Shown: positions 1-9,173, counted from the first letter of the stretch. The stretch: 20,000 bases of DNA from an uncultured virus (IMG/VR IMGVR_UViG_3300047274_000159) (IMGVR_UViG_3300047274_000159:56698-76697), one strand, 5' to 3'. Made by a program: numbers and translations. The notes: generated by a model from the sequence alone, not told the origin.

Positions 1-247
1 TCGCGGCAAAAAACTCTGTTTCAACTAAACAGACATAGGTACCGTATTCAAACCCGCGATCTTCGCTGAGATACAGTTCTATAGGCAATAACTTACCTAC
101 AGAGTATTTAGAGAGTAAAGATTGTGCATCTTCTAGCAGTGAACTGGACCTAGCGAATGTAGGCACAGTCCATTTTTCATCTTCCAAAATTAGGAAAATC
201 CTACTGCTATTTTTAGCTAAGAAAAGTAATCCGGCACGCTGTTGCAT
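1..247 (-). CDS. Partial CDS running off the window edge; Nudix-fold-like protein with a degenerate Nudix box
   Basis: Not in the ORF track. My translation from the ATG at 247 is MQQRAGLLFLAKNSSRIFLILEDEKWTVPTFARSSSLLEDAQSLLSKYSVGKLLPIELYLSEDRGFEYGTYVCLVETEFFAA..., open to the edge. The N-terminal AG-hydrophobic strand, second strand and W-x-x-P resemble Nudix hydrolases. TAAGTA-N5 precedes the ATG. Confidence 0.6.
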   Translation of the reverse strand, partial: MQQRAGLLFLAKNSSRIFLILEDEKWTVPTFARSSSLLEDAQSLLSKYSVGKLLPIELYLSEDRGFEYGTYVCLVETEFFAA

Positions 248-252
248 ACCTT

Positions 253-258
253 TACTTA
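253..258 (-). promoter_or_regulatory. Late-promoter-like hexamer variant TAAGTA, 5 nt before the ATG at 247
   Basis: Minus strand reads TAAGTA-aaggt-ATG. The TAA doubles as the gp15 stop codon. Confidence 0.5.
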
Positions 259-1881
259 TTGCGGATCGAGGTCTAGTCTCCAATAACCTGAAGCGTATTC
301 GCCTTCGAAGCTCTTATACCACTGTCCTTCGTTGCTCCAGCGATACTGTAGGCCAGTCTTGAGATTTTGGAATATCAACGTTATGGATTCAAAGTTTTCG
401 CTGTCTGAAGGTATCACTGTGTTTTCACCGTCGGCGATATTGTTTTTTACCCTGTAGGCAACTCCGTCATAGATAATGATCTGGCCACTAGTATACTTTG
501 TGGTGTTTGAAAACGGATACACACTCATGGACCAAACTGCTAATAGATCGATCCAAGCAGAGCCGTTCCACTCAATGATCGTATTAGCACGTATTACCGG
601 ATCCGAACCGTTGGTATTTTTCCAAGCATCTGGGCCGTCATAATTCCAGTTAGGATCGATATCCACAGGTCCGCCTACATTTTCGCTGTTGTTGACATCA
701 TCTAATACTAGGTATCTAGTACCTGCTGTGATAGGTTGATCAGTCAATTCTTTATTTGGTCTCTTAGGATTAAATTTATAAGGATCAACTATAGCATCAA
801 CTGTGGTTCTTCCCGACGGATATATCGAACTATACAACACAGTATTCGATGGTATGTCAGTGATACTGACCAACAAGTAAGTTGGATCTAATTCGTGTAC
901 TGTAAAAGTTCCACCTATTTCAGTACCGTCGACCTGTAGGAAGAAAATTTTACTGATTCCTGCTATGTATCCGCCGTAGTTATCTAGTACGACATTCCAA
1001 TCTACACGTTCGCCGGCTTTAACAGGGATATCAAGCCCTAGTGCGGATAATACTTCTCCCGGCGAAACGATACTGACATCATAGTCTGATGGTTCGCTGT
1101 TGGCGCTCTTTAATAACAATACCCTCCAATTGCCCTGTACGAATCTCTGTTGAGAATTGCTGTTATCACCGTCATAGATTAGATCATCAAGACCGAGAAC
1201 GTCGCCTGTGTCTGAAAACACATTCATAACAAGATTACGAACAACGCCCAACTTCTTGACCTTGGCAGGAGGACTGATATAGATAGGCATTTCAAATTCT
1301 AAAGAACAGATGTCTATGTCTGACTCAGCACCCACCGGAATGGTTCTAGAACTGAAATTAGTACTGACGAGATTCAGCACACTAAGACTAGTCCAGTCGA
1401 TATAATTATCTGTGGTCTGTATTTCTAGGCTAGGATTAAACAACATCAGTATCTGTTCAACTATCTGCAACTTCTGATCTGTGTTAGACGTCCAGATATC
1501 AGCTTTCATTTTCAGCTTGAACGGAGTGGGCATCAACCGTTCGATGGTATAGCCGCCACCTTGTACATTTTGATATTGGATTTCACCGTCTACAGAATTC
1601 CATGCTCGTTCGCGTATATTCAGCTTACTGACAAAACTAGCGTCCGCTAGCCTGGTGTTATCCATTTCTAATCCGGAGATATAGCAAGCTATCCTAGGTA
1701 CAGTGGGCATCTTGTTCTCGGAATTTTCCTTGATAATAGCAGCGACCTGCCTGGTAAGATCTCCGTAGAGTACAGGAATGTGTCTTAGGGTATCATCGCC
1801 GGTCTTGTATTTGAAACCTATGAACACACGCATGAATTGTGTGACATAGCGTCTTATCTGCCCATCGTAAAAGAAATCCAT
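256..1881 (-). CDS. gp15: T4 gp15-like tail terminator / sheath stabilizer with a long C-terminal extension
   Basis: N-terminal FFYDGQIRRYVTQFMRVF, IPVLYG, PRIACYISGLEMD, MPTPFKL and QIVEQILMLFNP match the gp15 pattern. It overlaps the gp14 stop (TAATG). Confidence 0.85.
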   Translation of the reverse strand: MDFFYDGQIRRYVTQFMRVFIGFKYKTGDDTLRHIPVLYGDLTRQVAAIIKENSENKMPTVPRIACYISGLEMDNTRLADASFVSKLNIRERAWNSVDGEIQYQNVQGGGYTIERLMPTPFKLKMKADIWTSNTDQKLQIVEQILMLFNPSLEIQTTDNYIDWTSLSVLNLVSTNFSSRTIPVGAESDIDICSLEFEMPIYISPPAKVKKLGVVRNLVMNVFSDTGDVLGLDDLIYDGDNSNSQQRFVQGNWRVLLLKSANSEPSDYDVSIVSPGEVLSALGLDIPVKAGERVDWNVVLDNYGGYIAGISKIFFLQVDGTEIGGTFTVHELDPTYLLVSITDIPSNTVLYSSIYPSGRTTVDAIVDPYKFNPKRPNKELTDQPITAGTRYLVLDDVNNSENVGGPVDIDPNWNYDGPDAWKNTNGSDPVIRANTIIEWNGSAWIDLLAVWSMSVYPFSNTTKYTSGQIIIYDGVAYRVKNNIADGENTVIPSDSENFESITLIFQNLKTGLQYRWSNEGQWYKSFEGEYASGYWRLDLDPQ

Positions 1882-3155
1882 TATTCGTCTGCCTTAGGTC
1901 TAAGAGCTTTTGACAAGCTCTGTTTTTCTTTGATCTGTTTACCATTTATGGTATTGACCTTGTCATTGTTTATGAAAGATGTTTTTTGTGTTAACCTTAC
2001 ATCGCGATCAAGGAATACATCGTTGGGTGAACCTCCTGCGACTACATCTTCATTGCCCATGTTGCTCATAGTCATTCTTGTTACATCCTCTACTTTTACC
2101 CAACGTCTTCCGTTGTATCTAAATAATCTCTTTGGTAGATAGTCTGTTCTTAGATGATATTGACCGTCGGAGGGCAATAGCGGAAAACTTATACCAGCAG
2201 TGAAAGGTGCTCCGTTGGGAGGAATACCGTCTCCGTCGCCGATCATAGGTCCGTTGTATTCTGGACTTCTAAATATCGTAGACGATGTTGGTCCCACATA
2301 TACAGGATTGCCATTTTCGTCAGACAAAGGAACGCCATTCTCGTCGGTAGCTCGGGTCTGTACACTAGCATCTAGTTGAGTAGAATCTACAGTGACTAGC
2401 TCAGCACGACCTCGCTCGTCTGTCTGTAACATATAGTGCTTGGTAGTATCATAACCACTTCTAGGAGCATCTGTTTCTGCTTGATCAAGAACCGCAGCAG
2501 TGATCTGCATTTCTTTTTCGTAGGTACTCATGATGTCTCTGAGAGTGGTTGTACCATCTTCTCCCGATTCATCAGCAAGTCCGTCGAGTATATCTTTGAA
2601 TTCTTGACTATCTACCAGCGGTTTACATTTGGCACGATATAGATGTGGATACCATGTTACAGAAAAACCTTCTGCAGCACGAGTGACTTCTTCGATTACA
2701 TAGAATCGTTTGAGAGCAAACTGTAGATCGTTGAGTGCATATTCATCTTTGAGATGCGGTAGCTCGATAACATCTCCTGAAATGATCTTTCGTCCAAGTT
2801 TTTCCACAGTATCGTTAATATGGAATGTGATAAAAATCGTATCGTTTTGTAGGAATAAACCAAACTGACTTAGATTAAAATCCGTATCTTGTATATTATA
2901 CACACCACGAAGCACATAGACATCGGGATCATATTTTCGATCCCTGTTTTCTAGAAACAACAGATCTTGGATCTGTGTGACAGCAGTGTCTGTATAACTA
3001 GGAGTAGTTGGAGAGTTTTCTAGACTAGCTCCAGGTCCTAAATATTTGTGCAGTAGGCAATCAGTACCGCCCACTTGGAACATTTCCCAGGCAGTTTTAT
3101 CGATGAACTTGTAGTCGTTGCCCTTTTCCGGGCGATAAAGCGAAAGTCTTGGCAT
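1881..3155 (-). CDS. gp14: T4 gp14-like neck protein (424 aa from MPRLSLY) with a C-terminal extension
   Basis: LSQFGLFLQNDTIFITFH and GDVIELPH are gp14-like. It lies between gp13 and gp15. Start re-assigned to 3155 (3161 also possible) because the track start at 3215 overlaps gp13 and lies upstream of the promoter motif. Confidence 0.75.
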   Translation of the reverse strand: MPRLSLYRPEKGNDYKFIDKTAWEMFQVGGTDCLLHKYLGPGASLENSPTTPSYTDTAVTQIQDLLFLENRDRKYDPDVYVLRGVYNIQDTDFNLSQFGLFLQNDTIFITFHINDTVEKLGRKIISGDVIELPHLKDEYALNDLQFALKRFYVIEEVTRAAEGFSVTWYPHLYRAKCKPLVDSQEFKDILDGLADESGEDGTTTLRDIMSTYEKEMQITAAVLDQAETDAPRSGYDTTKHYMLQTDERGRAELVTVDSTQLDASVQTRATDENGVPLSDENGNPVYVGPTSSTIFRSPEYNGPMIGDGDGIPPNGAPFTAGISFPLLPSDGQYHLRTDYLPKRLFRYNGRRWVKVEDVTRMTMSNMGNEDVVAGGSPNDVFLDRDVRLTQKTSFINNDKVNTINGKQIKEKQSLSKALRPKADE

Positions 3156-3162
3156 AGTCATA

Positions 3163-3183
3163 TATTTACCGCAGCAATAAATA
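3163..3183. promoter_or_regulatory. Back-to-back late-promoter-like TAAATA hexamers (minus 3163-3168, plus 3178-3183)
   Basis: The 33-nt gp14/gp13 spacer has TAAATA on each strand pointing outward. This is the core of the T4 late promoter TATAAATA. Confidence 0.7.
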
Positions 3184-3188
3184 GTAGT

Positions 3189-3947
3189 ATGAGTACTAAT
3201 GATCAAGCCAGACAATCAGTCTACGATTACTGCAAAACCATGCTGGGCGACGGCATGATTGATGTAGAATTGGATCCTATCCATTATCAAACAGCCCTAG
3301 ATAGATCTTTGGGTGTTTTCCGCCAACGCAGCGATAATGCTGTAGAGGAAAGCTACTGCTTTTTGATGTTGGAACAGGACAAAAATGAATATATTCTGCC
3401 CAAGGAAATCCAGCAGGTTCGACAGATCTTCCGTAGAAGCATAGGTTCTAGAACAGGTAACGGTACAGGTGGTACGGTGTTCGAACCCTTTAACCTAGCC
3501 TATACAAATACCTACTTGCTATCATCAACTAACATGGGCGGTTTGCTAACCTACGAACTATTCAGTCAATATCAGGAACTTGTGGGCAAGATGTTTGGTA
3601 GCTTTATCAATTTTACCTGGCAATCACAGAGCCGAAAACTCATGATACAACAGCGTCCTAGAGGCGAAGAAGAAGTTTTGTTATGGGTTTACAACACTAG
3701 GCCTGATTTTGCTATCATAGAAGACACCTATGCAGGACAGTGGATCAAAGATTACACGCTGGCCAACTGCAAGATGATGCTAGGTCAAGCTCGAGAAAAA
3801 TTCGCACAGATCGCAGGTCCGGGCGGTGGCTCTAGTCTAAACGGTGCTGCTATGAAATCTGAAGCTACTGCTGACATAGAACGTCTAACCAAAGAATTGG
3901 AAACCCTAGTGTCCGGCGGGTCTGGATATACATTCGTCATCGGTTGA
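3189..3947 (+). CDS. gp13: T4 gp13-like neck / head-tail adaptor protein (252 aa)
   Basis: YCKTMLGDGMIDVELD, WIKDYTLANCKMMLGQAREKF and GPGGGSSLNG are gp13-like. The ATG at 3189 follows TAAATA-N5, so I prefer it to the track start at 3075. Confidence 0.85.
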   Translation: MSTNDQARQSVYDYCKTMLGDGMIDVELDPIHYQTALDRSLGVFRQRSDNAVEESYCFLMLEQDKNEYILPKEIQQVRQIFRRSIGSRTGNGTGGTVFEPFNLAYTNTYLLSSTNMGGLLTYELFSQYQELVGKMFGSFINFTWQSQSRKLMIQQRPRGEEEVLLWVYNTRPDFAIIEDTYAGQWIKDYTLANCKMMLGQAREKFAQIAGPGGGSSLNGAAMKSEATADIERLTKELETLVSGGSGYTFVIG

Positions 3948-3973
3948 CATAGTTTTAATATCAATGTTATAAT
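3944..3973 (+). promoter_or_regulatory. Consensus sigma70-type promoter with extended -10
   Basis: TTGACA (3944-3949), 18-nt spacer ending TGt, TATAAT (3968-3973). SD GGAGG at 3984-3988 precedes the ATG at 3994. Confidence 0.85.
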
Positions 3974-3993
3974 GTCTGTAATTGGAGGACATT

Positions 3994-4650
3994 ATGATCA
4001 TAGGAATATGCGGATTTATTGGCAGCGGCAAAGATACTGTCGCTGACTATCTAGTTAACTTTCACGAATTTAGACGCGAGTCATTTGCCAGCACTCTCAA
4101 AGATGCTGTAAGCGCGGTGTTTGGATGGGACCGAACGCTGTTAGAAGGGCGAACCAAGGAAGCCCGAGAGTGGCGAGAGCAAGTGGACCCGTGGTGGGCA
4201 GAGCGTCTTGACATGCCTACACTTACTCCTCGCTGGGTCTTACAATATTGGGGCACAGAAGTATGTCGTCGAGCGTTTCACGATGATATCTGGATCGCCA
4301 GCCTGGAAAACAAACTCCGTAACTCCAAAGACCATGTCGTGATTTCAGATTGTCGTTTTCCTAACGAAATCCAAAGTATTCGAAATGCTGGGGGTAAAAT
4401 TATCTGGGTAACTAGGGGAGATCTGCCCGAATGGTATCAATATGCTCTAGCAGCTAATCAGTTAGGCAGTAATCTAGCACTCAACGAACTTAAAATGCGT
4501 AAAATCCATGCCAGCGAAACTGCTTGGGTAGGCACTGAGTTTGATCATGTCATAGAAAACGATTCTACTATAGATGCTCTCTATACACAGGTACGATCAA
4601 TAGTCAGCGGTCAGGTCGCCCTGTCTCCAAGTGATACCTTCTTTGCCTAG
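3994..4650 (+). CDS. gp1: Deoxynucleoside monophosphate kinase (T4 gp1-like)
   Basis: P-loop IIGICGFIGSGKDT, SFASTLKD, TPRWVLQYWGTEVCR, VISDCRFPNE and HASE. The ATG at 3994 follows GGAGG. Confidence 0.9.
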   Translation: MIIGICGFIGSGKDTVADYLVNFHEFRRESFASTLKDAVSAVFGWDRTLLEGRTKEAREWREQVDPWWAERLDMPTLTPRWVLQYWGTEVCRRAFHDDIWIASLENKLRNSKDHVVISDCRFPNEIQSIRNAGGKIIWVTRGDLPEWYQYALAANQLGSNLALNELKMRKIHASETAWVGTEFDHVIENDSTIDALYTQVRSIVSGQVALSPSDTFFA

Positions 4651-4932
4651 GATCTGTGCGCAGTTACAGCATACGGTTTTGAGATTAGCAGGTCTACAGT
4701 TATTAAGATCTCCGTCAACATGGAAAACTCTAAAGATTTCCTTGTGCGGACTTCGATAACCGCATTTATCGCAGATGCTTTTTATCTTATAGCCGTGTCT
4801 TAGCCAACGAGGGATTCCGTGATAAAGGCCGTTGGCCAAACATATTTCGCAGAGCCTACGATAGTAGGCTTTGTCGTTTTTATAATAATTAATGGCCCGG
4901 GGTCGTTGTCCGCACTTACAAAGAGGTCTCAT
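4597..4932 (-). CDS. Zn-binding HNH-like protein, 111 aa
   Basis: CKCG, CEIC and CDKC pairs plus FHVDGDLNN...NLKTVCCNC (HNH core). TAAATA-N5 precedes the ATG. Confidence 0.7.
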   Translation of the reverse strand: MRPLCKCGQRPRAINYYKNDKAYYRRLCEICLANGLYHGIPRWLRHGYKIKSICDKCGYRSPHKEIFRVFHVDGDLNNCRPANLKTVCCNCAQILGKEGITWRQGDLTADY

Positions 4933-4937
4933 AGAAA

Positions 4938-4943
4938 TATTTA
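4938..4943 (-). promoter_or_regulatory. Late-promoter-like TAAATA 5 nt before the HNH-like ATG
   Basis: Minus strand reads TAAATA-tttct-ATG. Confidence 0.65.
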
Positions 4944-4999
4944 AGCCTTTTCTGCCCCTTTTTCTTTTGGTATAACCGCCTGTTTTTGTAAACTACCGC

Positions 5000-5028
5000 T
5001 AAATAATATGAGCAACTATTACCAGGAG
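5000..5028 (+). promoter_or_regulatory. Late-promoter-like TAAATA plus SD for the tail sheath operon
   Basis: TAAATA at 5000-5005, AGGAG at 5024-5028, ATG at 5037. Confidence 0.7.
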
Positions 5029-5036
5029 AATAAGGT

Positions 5037-8000
5037 ATGGCACTAGTATCCCCAGGCGTACAAGTTACGGTAATCGACGAGAGTTTTTATACACCAGCTG
5101 AACCTGGTACTACTCCGCTTATCGTAATAGCTACAGCTGAAAACAAATCTAACGCAGCAGGCACTGGAACTGCTGTTGGAACAACCGCGGCAAATGCCGG
5201 CAAAGTATTTAAGGTCACAAGTCAAAGAGAACTTGTTGATACCTATGGAGTACCTTTCTTTGAAAAGACAGCAAGTTCTACTCCAATCCACGGATCAGAA
5301 AGAAACGAATATGGTCTATTAGCAGCCTACAGCTTCTTAGGTGTTAGCAATGCTGCATTTATTTTACGTGCAGACGTAAACCTAGACGAATTAGAAGCAC
5401 AAGCAACTGTCCCGGGAGCAGAACCAATCGACGGAACTTGGTGGGTAGACACACAGGCAACGACCTGGGGTATCCAGGAATGGAACGGTGCTGCTGCTAC
5501 AACCACAGGCGGCCAAAAATTTGCATTTAAAACTCCTATCGTCTTAACCGACACAGATGTTGCTAAAATTGAAAGTAACGCACCAAAAGGATCTGTAGGA
5601 GCTATCGGAGACTACGCAGTAGTACTCGAAACAGTCAAAGGCGAAGATAACTTATCTTCTTTTAGTGCTAGCAAAGAACTAGCCAGGGTTTGGTTCAAGA
5701 GTCCAGGCGGTTCATATGCCAGCGGTTCTTTAGTAGATCCAGGACAATGGGTATTAGTAGGTTCCCCAGAATGGAAAGCCAGTTGGCCCGTGCTTACTGG
5801 TACTGGAACAGCAACATTACCAGCAGGTAGCTTCACACTAAACGGAACATCTATCACTGTATCCGGCGGAACTTCGTATGCTACGCTCGCTGGCAACATC
5901 AACAGCTTATGTGTTAACCAAGGTATCAGTGCAAAAGTTTCTTCCGCAGGATACCTACAGATTTTTGCAGATGGTACAGATTCTGCAACATCAGATTCAT
6001 CAGCGATAAGCAGAGGTATTGTAACAGTAGGTGGTACTACTGGAGCTGGAACAGTCCTTAACGCTCTAGGTATCAGCACAGGCGATTACTATCCACCTTC
6101 ACTACAACAAACTCCGCACACACAAGTTCCTACATGGAAATCAAGTGGTGCTACACCTCGCCCAACAGGCTCTGTATGGGTTAAAACCACAGAACCTAAT
6201 CTAGGGGCTCGTTGGAGAATCAAGCGTTGGAACTCTGCCACTAAGACCTGGCTCGAGATTTCAGCACCAATTTATTCAAGCACTCACTCTGCACTATATT
6301 ATCTAGATCGTAGTGGTGGTGGCGTTAACCTAGGTTCAAATGCATTATTTGTTCAATCTAATGCCAACGAAGAAGTGGGACAAGAAGAAACTGCTTCATT
6401 TAGAGTTTGGAAGAGAAGAGCATCAGGTGCGACAGTGATCACTTCCGCAGCAGTTACATCAAGCACATTCGCAGCAGGTAACTATACATTTACACTTGCT
6501 GAATCACTAGCCGGAGAAGCCGATCTAAGTGCATATTCGACAATCGAAATGACCGCAGCAAACGGTAATGCCTTAGCAGGTAATACTGCTGACGCAGAAA
6601 AGATTGCCACTGCGATCAATGCTGCTGGTTTCGTACACATTGTCGCTGAAGTTACTTCGGACAATAAAGTACAGATCACACACAAAGCAGGTGGTGATAT
6701 GAGATTTGTAGACGGTACAGGTACACCGTTGAATAACATTTTCACAGCCTATAGTACCGATACTGGTAGCGGAACTGCTAACTTCTACAGCTTAGAAGCA
6801 TTAGTAAACAGCGCAGTTGGTTACAGCGCAGCAACCAAGACCAACGAGTATCTAGCTTCAAACTGGGCACCATTGGCCACCGATGAATTGAGATTTGCAG
6901 CAGGCGGCGATGCTCCGTTGGCTGAGCCAGAAGATGGACAACTATGGTATAATCCAAACTTTGGCGAAGTTGACATCATGGTACATAACGGAGAGATTTG
7001 GGTAGGCTACAAGCACAGCTCATCTCCATATACCAATACAGATGCTAACGGCCCTATCGTAGCAGCCAGCATGCCAACAAAACAAAGTGATGGTACTACT
7101 AACCTAGTAACAGGTGATCTATGGATCAGCACAGCTGACATGGAGAACTTCCCAACTATCTACAGATTCAATACAGATGCAGGTGCAACTGTAGCCGAAA
7201 GATGGCAGTTGGTTGATAAGACTGATCAGACCACAGAAGAAGGTATCTTATTTGCAGATGCACGTTTTGGTATCAGCGGCGCTTCCGGTAACACAGAAGG
7301 ATCTATCAAAGAACTATTAAGCATCAACTATGTAGACCCAGACTGTCCAGATCCAGTACTATATCCAAAAGGCATGCTGCTATGGAATCTACGTAGAAGT
7401 GGTGGTAATGTCAAGCGTTATTCTAATAACTACATCGACACTGCATCTGATAACGTAAGATATCAAGCAGCTAATAGCGATCTAGGTAACCTACCAACAG
7501 CTGGTGACGGCATGAGCGGTTATGCTACTGATCGTTGGACCACAGCATCACCAAACAACGAAGACGGTTCTGGAAGTTTCGGACGCAAGGCTCAACGTGC
7601 TCTAGTCATACAGAAACTAAAGAGTGCGATCGATACCAGCGAAGAAGCACGTGACGAAGAACGTCGTAACTTCAACCTAATTGCTTGCCCTGGATATCCA
7701 GAAGCTCTAAGTAATCTAATTAACCTAAACATCGATCGCGGTGTAACAGCATTTGTGGTAGGTGACACACCATTACGTTTACCAAGCGGCTCAACAGCAT
7801 TGTTGGCCTACGGTACCAATGCTAACGGTGCCCTAGACAATGGCGATGCAGGTATTGTTAGCTATGACGAATACTGTGCTGTTTACTATCCAAACGGATT
7901 TACCACAGATCTAGGCGGTTCGAATGCTGTAGTTCCAGCAAGCCACATGATGCTACGCACAATCGCTCTAAGCGACCAAGTTAGCTATCCATGGTTTGCA

Positions 8001-8516
8001 CCAGCAGGTACACGTCGTGGTGGTATTACCAATGCAACAGCAGTTGGTTATATTGATGCAGCATCTGGAGAATTCCAGAGTGTTGCACTCAACGAAGGAC
8101 AACGCGATACACTTTATGATCTAAAGATTAATCCTATTCCGTTCTTTGTGGGAGTTGGATTAGTAGCATACGGTCAAAAAACTCGTGCTAGAAATGCTTC
8201 TGCACTAGACAGAATCAACGTAGCACGTTTAGTAGTATATCTACGCAGTCAACTAAACAAACTAGCTCGTCCTTATATCTTTGAACCAAATGATAAGATT
8301 ACCAGAGACGAAATCAAGGGTGCTGTAGAAAGCCTATTACTAGAGTTGGTAGGTCTAAGAGCTCTATACGACTTTGCTGTAGTATGTGACGAAAGTAACA
8401 ATACTCCTAGCAGAATTGATCGTAACGAACTTTATGTAGACATTGCTATCGAGCCAACAAAAGCAGTTGAATTTATCTACATACCATTGCGTATCAAGAA
8501 CACAGGAGAGATTTAA
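5037..8516 (+). CDS. gp18: Contractile tail sheath protein (gp18-like), 1159 aa
   Basis: N-terminal LVSPGVQVTVIDES. C-terminal sheath motifs PWFAPAGTRRG, RDTLYDLKINPI, SALDRINVARL, YIFEPND, CDESNNTPSRIDRNEL and IEPTKAVEFIYI. Confidence 0.95.
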   Translation: MALVSPGVQVTVIDESFYTPAEPGTTPLIVIATAENKSNAAGTGTAVGTTAANAGKVFKVTSQRELVDTYGVPFFEKTASSTPIHGSERNEYGLLAAYSFLGVSNAAFILRADVNLDELEAQATVPGAEPIDGTWWVDTQATTWGIQEWNGAAATTTGGQKFAFKTPIVLTDTDVAKIESNAPKGSVGAIGDYAVVLETVKGEDNLSSFSASKELARVWFKSPGGSYASGSLVDPGQWVLVGSPEWKASWPVLTGTGTATLPAGSFTLNGTSITVSGGTSYATLAGNINSLCVNQGISAKVSSAGYLQIFADGTDSATSDSSAISRGIVTVGGTTGAGTVLNALGISTGDYYPPSLQQTPHTQVPTWKSSGATPRPTGSVWVKTTEPNLGARWRIKRWNSATKTWLEISAPIYSSTHSALYYLDRSGGGVNLGSNALFVQSNANEEVGQEETASFRVWKRRASGATVITSAAVTSSTFAAGNYTFTLAESLAGEADLSAYSTIEMTAANGNALAGNTADAEKIATAINAAGFVHIVAEVTSDNKVQITHKAGGDMRFVDGTGTPLNNIFTAYSTDTGSGTANFYSLEALVNSAVGYSAATKTNEYLASNWAPLATDELRFAAGGDAPLAEPEDGQLWYNPNFGEVDIMVHNGEIWVGYKHSSSPYTNTDANGPIVAASMPTKQSDGTTNLVTGDLWISTADMENFPTIYRFNTDAGATVAERWQLVDKTDQTTEEGILFADARFGISGASGNTEGSIKELLSINYVDPDCPDPVLYPKGMLLWNLRRSGGNVKRYSNNYIDTASDNVRYQAANSDLGNLPTAGDGMSGYATDRWTTASPNNEDGSGSFGRKAQRALVIQKLKSAIDTSEEARDEERRNFNLIACPGYPEALSNLINLNIDRGVTAFVVGDTPLRLPSGSTALLAYGTNANGALDNGDAGIVSYDEYCAVYYPNGFTTDLGGSNAVVPASHMMLRTIALSDQVSYPWFAPAGTRRGGITNATAVGYIDAASGEFQSVALNEGQRDTLYDLKINPIPFFVGVGLVAYGQKTRARNASALDRINVARLVVYLRSQLNKLARPYIFEPNDKITRDEIKGAVESLLLELVGLRALYDFAVVCDESNNTPSRIDRNELYVDIAIEPTKAVEFIYIPLRIKNTGEI

Positions 8517-8518
8517 AA

Positions 8519-9154
8519 ATGGCACTAACTTCATTAAATAGGATTTCAGTTCCGCCAAGCAACGGTACCAGCGGTACCGCACTGCTAATGCCTAAACTTA
8601 AATATCGCTTTAGAGTGATATTATTAGGTTTTGGAGTTGAGGCCAGCACTGAACTAACAAAACAGGTTGCAGATGTCAAAAGACCAGTAGTTACTTTTGA
8701 AGAAATGGCCATCGATATCTACAACTCAAAGGTCAAGCTCGCAGGTAAGCCTAGCTGGGAAGATGTTACAATTAACCTACGCGATGATGCCAACGGTCAG
8801 ATCCAGAAACTAGTAGGTCAACAGATCCAGAAGCAATTCGACTTCATGGAACAGGCATCTGCTCGTTCAGGTATTGACTATAAGTTCCAAACTAACATCG
8901 AAGTCTTAGACGGCGGCAACGGTGCTCTAGAGCCAGCTGTGTTAGAAAAATGGGAATTGTACGGTTGTTTCTTATCCAGCGCAGACTACGGTGATGCAAA
9001 CTATGCGACCAACGAGCCAATGACCGTTGCTCTAACTATCAAGTATGACAATGCTGTTCAGTTCGCAGGTGCTAGTGGTTCTGGTATTGAGCGTGGTATT
9101 GGAGCTCTGGTAGGAAGAACTATCGGTGAAACAGTAACTGGCCGTAGCGTCTAA
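8519..9154 (+). CDS. gp19: Tail tube protein (gp19-like)
   Basis: Directly follows the sheath gene. PKLKYRFRV, KLAGKPSWEDVTINLRDD, WELYGCF and ALTIKYDNA fit the tail-tube fold. Confidence 0.88.
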   Translation: MALTSLNRISVPPSNGTSGTALLMPKLKYRFRVILLGFGVEASTELTKQVADVKRPVVTFEEMAIDIYNSKVKLAGKPSWEDVTINLRDDANGQIQKLVGQQIQKQFDFMEQASARSGIDYKFQTNIEVLDGGNGALEPAVLEKWELYGCFLSSADYGDANYATNEPMTVALTIKYDNAVQFAGASGSGIERGIGALVGRTIGETVTGRSV

Positions 9155-9173
9155 ACTGTAAACGATCCAAAAG

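Noticed and set aside
3075..3215. Track N-terminal extensions of gp13 (3075) and gp14 (3215), implying overlapping divergent genes
   Set aside because: Both run upstream past the TAAATA motifs. ATGs at 3189 and 3155 give non-overlapping genes with sensible N-termini.
5008..5046. 12-codon upstream ORF overlapping the sheath start
   Set aside because: Its ATG is only 2 nt from TAAATA, probably upstream of the transcription start, and it has no SD.
5043..6745. Antisense ORFs within the sheath gene, and similar shadow ORFs within other genes
   Set aside because: They are nested in well-supported genes, lack expression signals, and are expected from codon bias.
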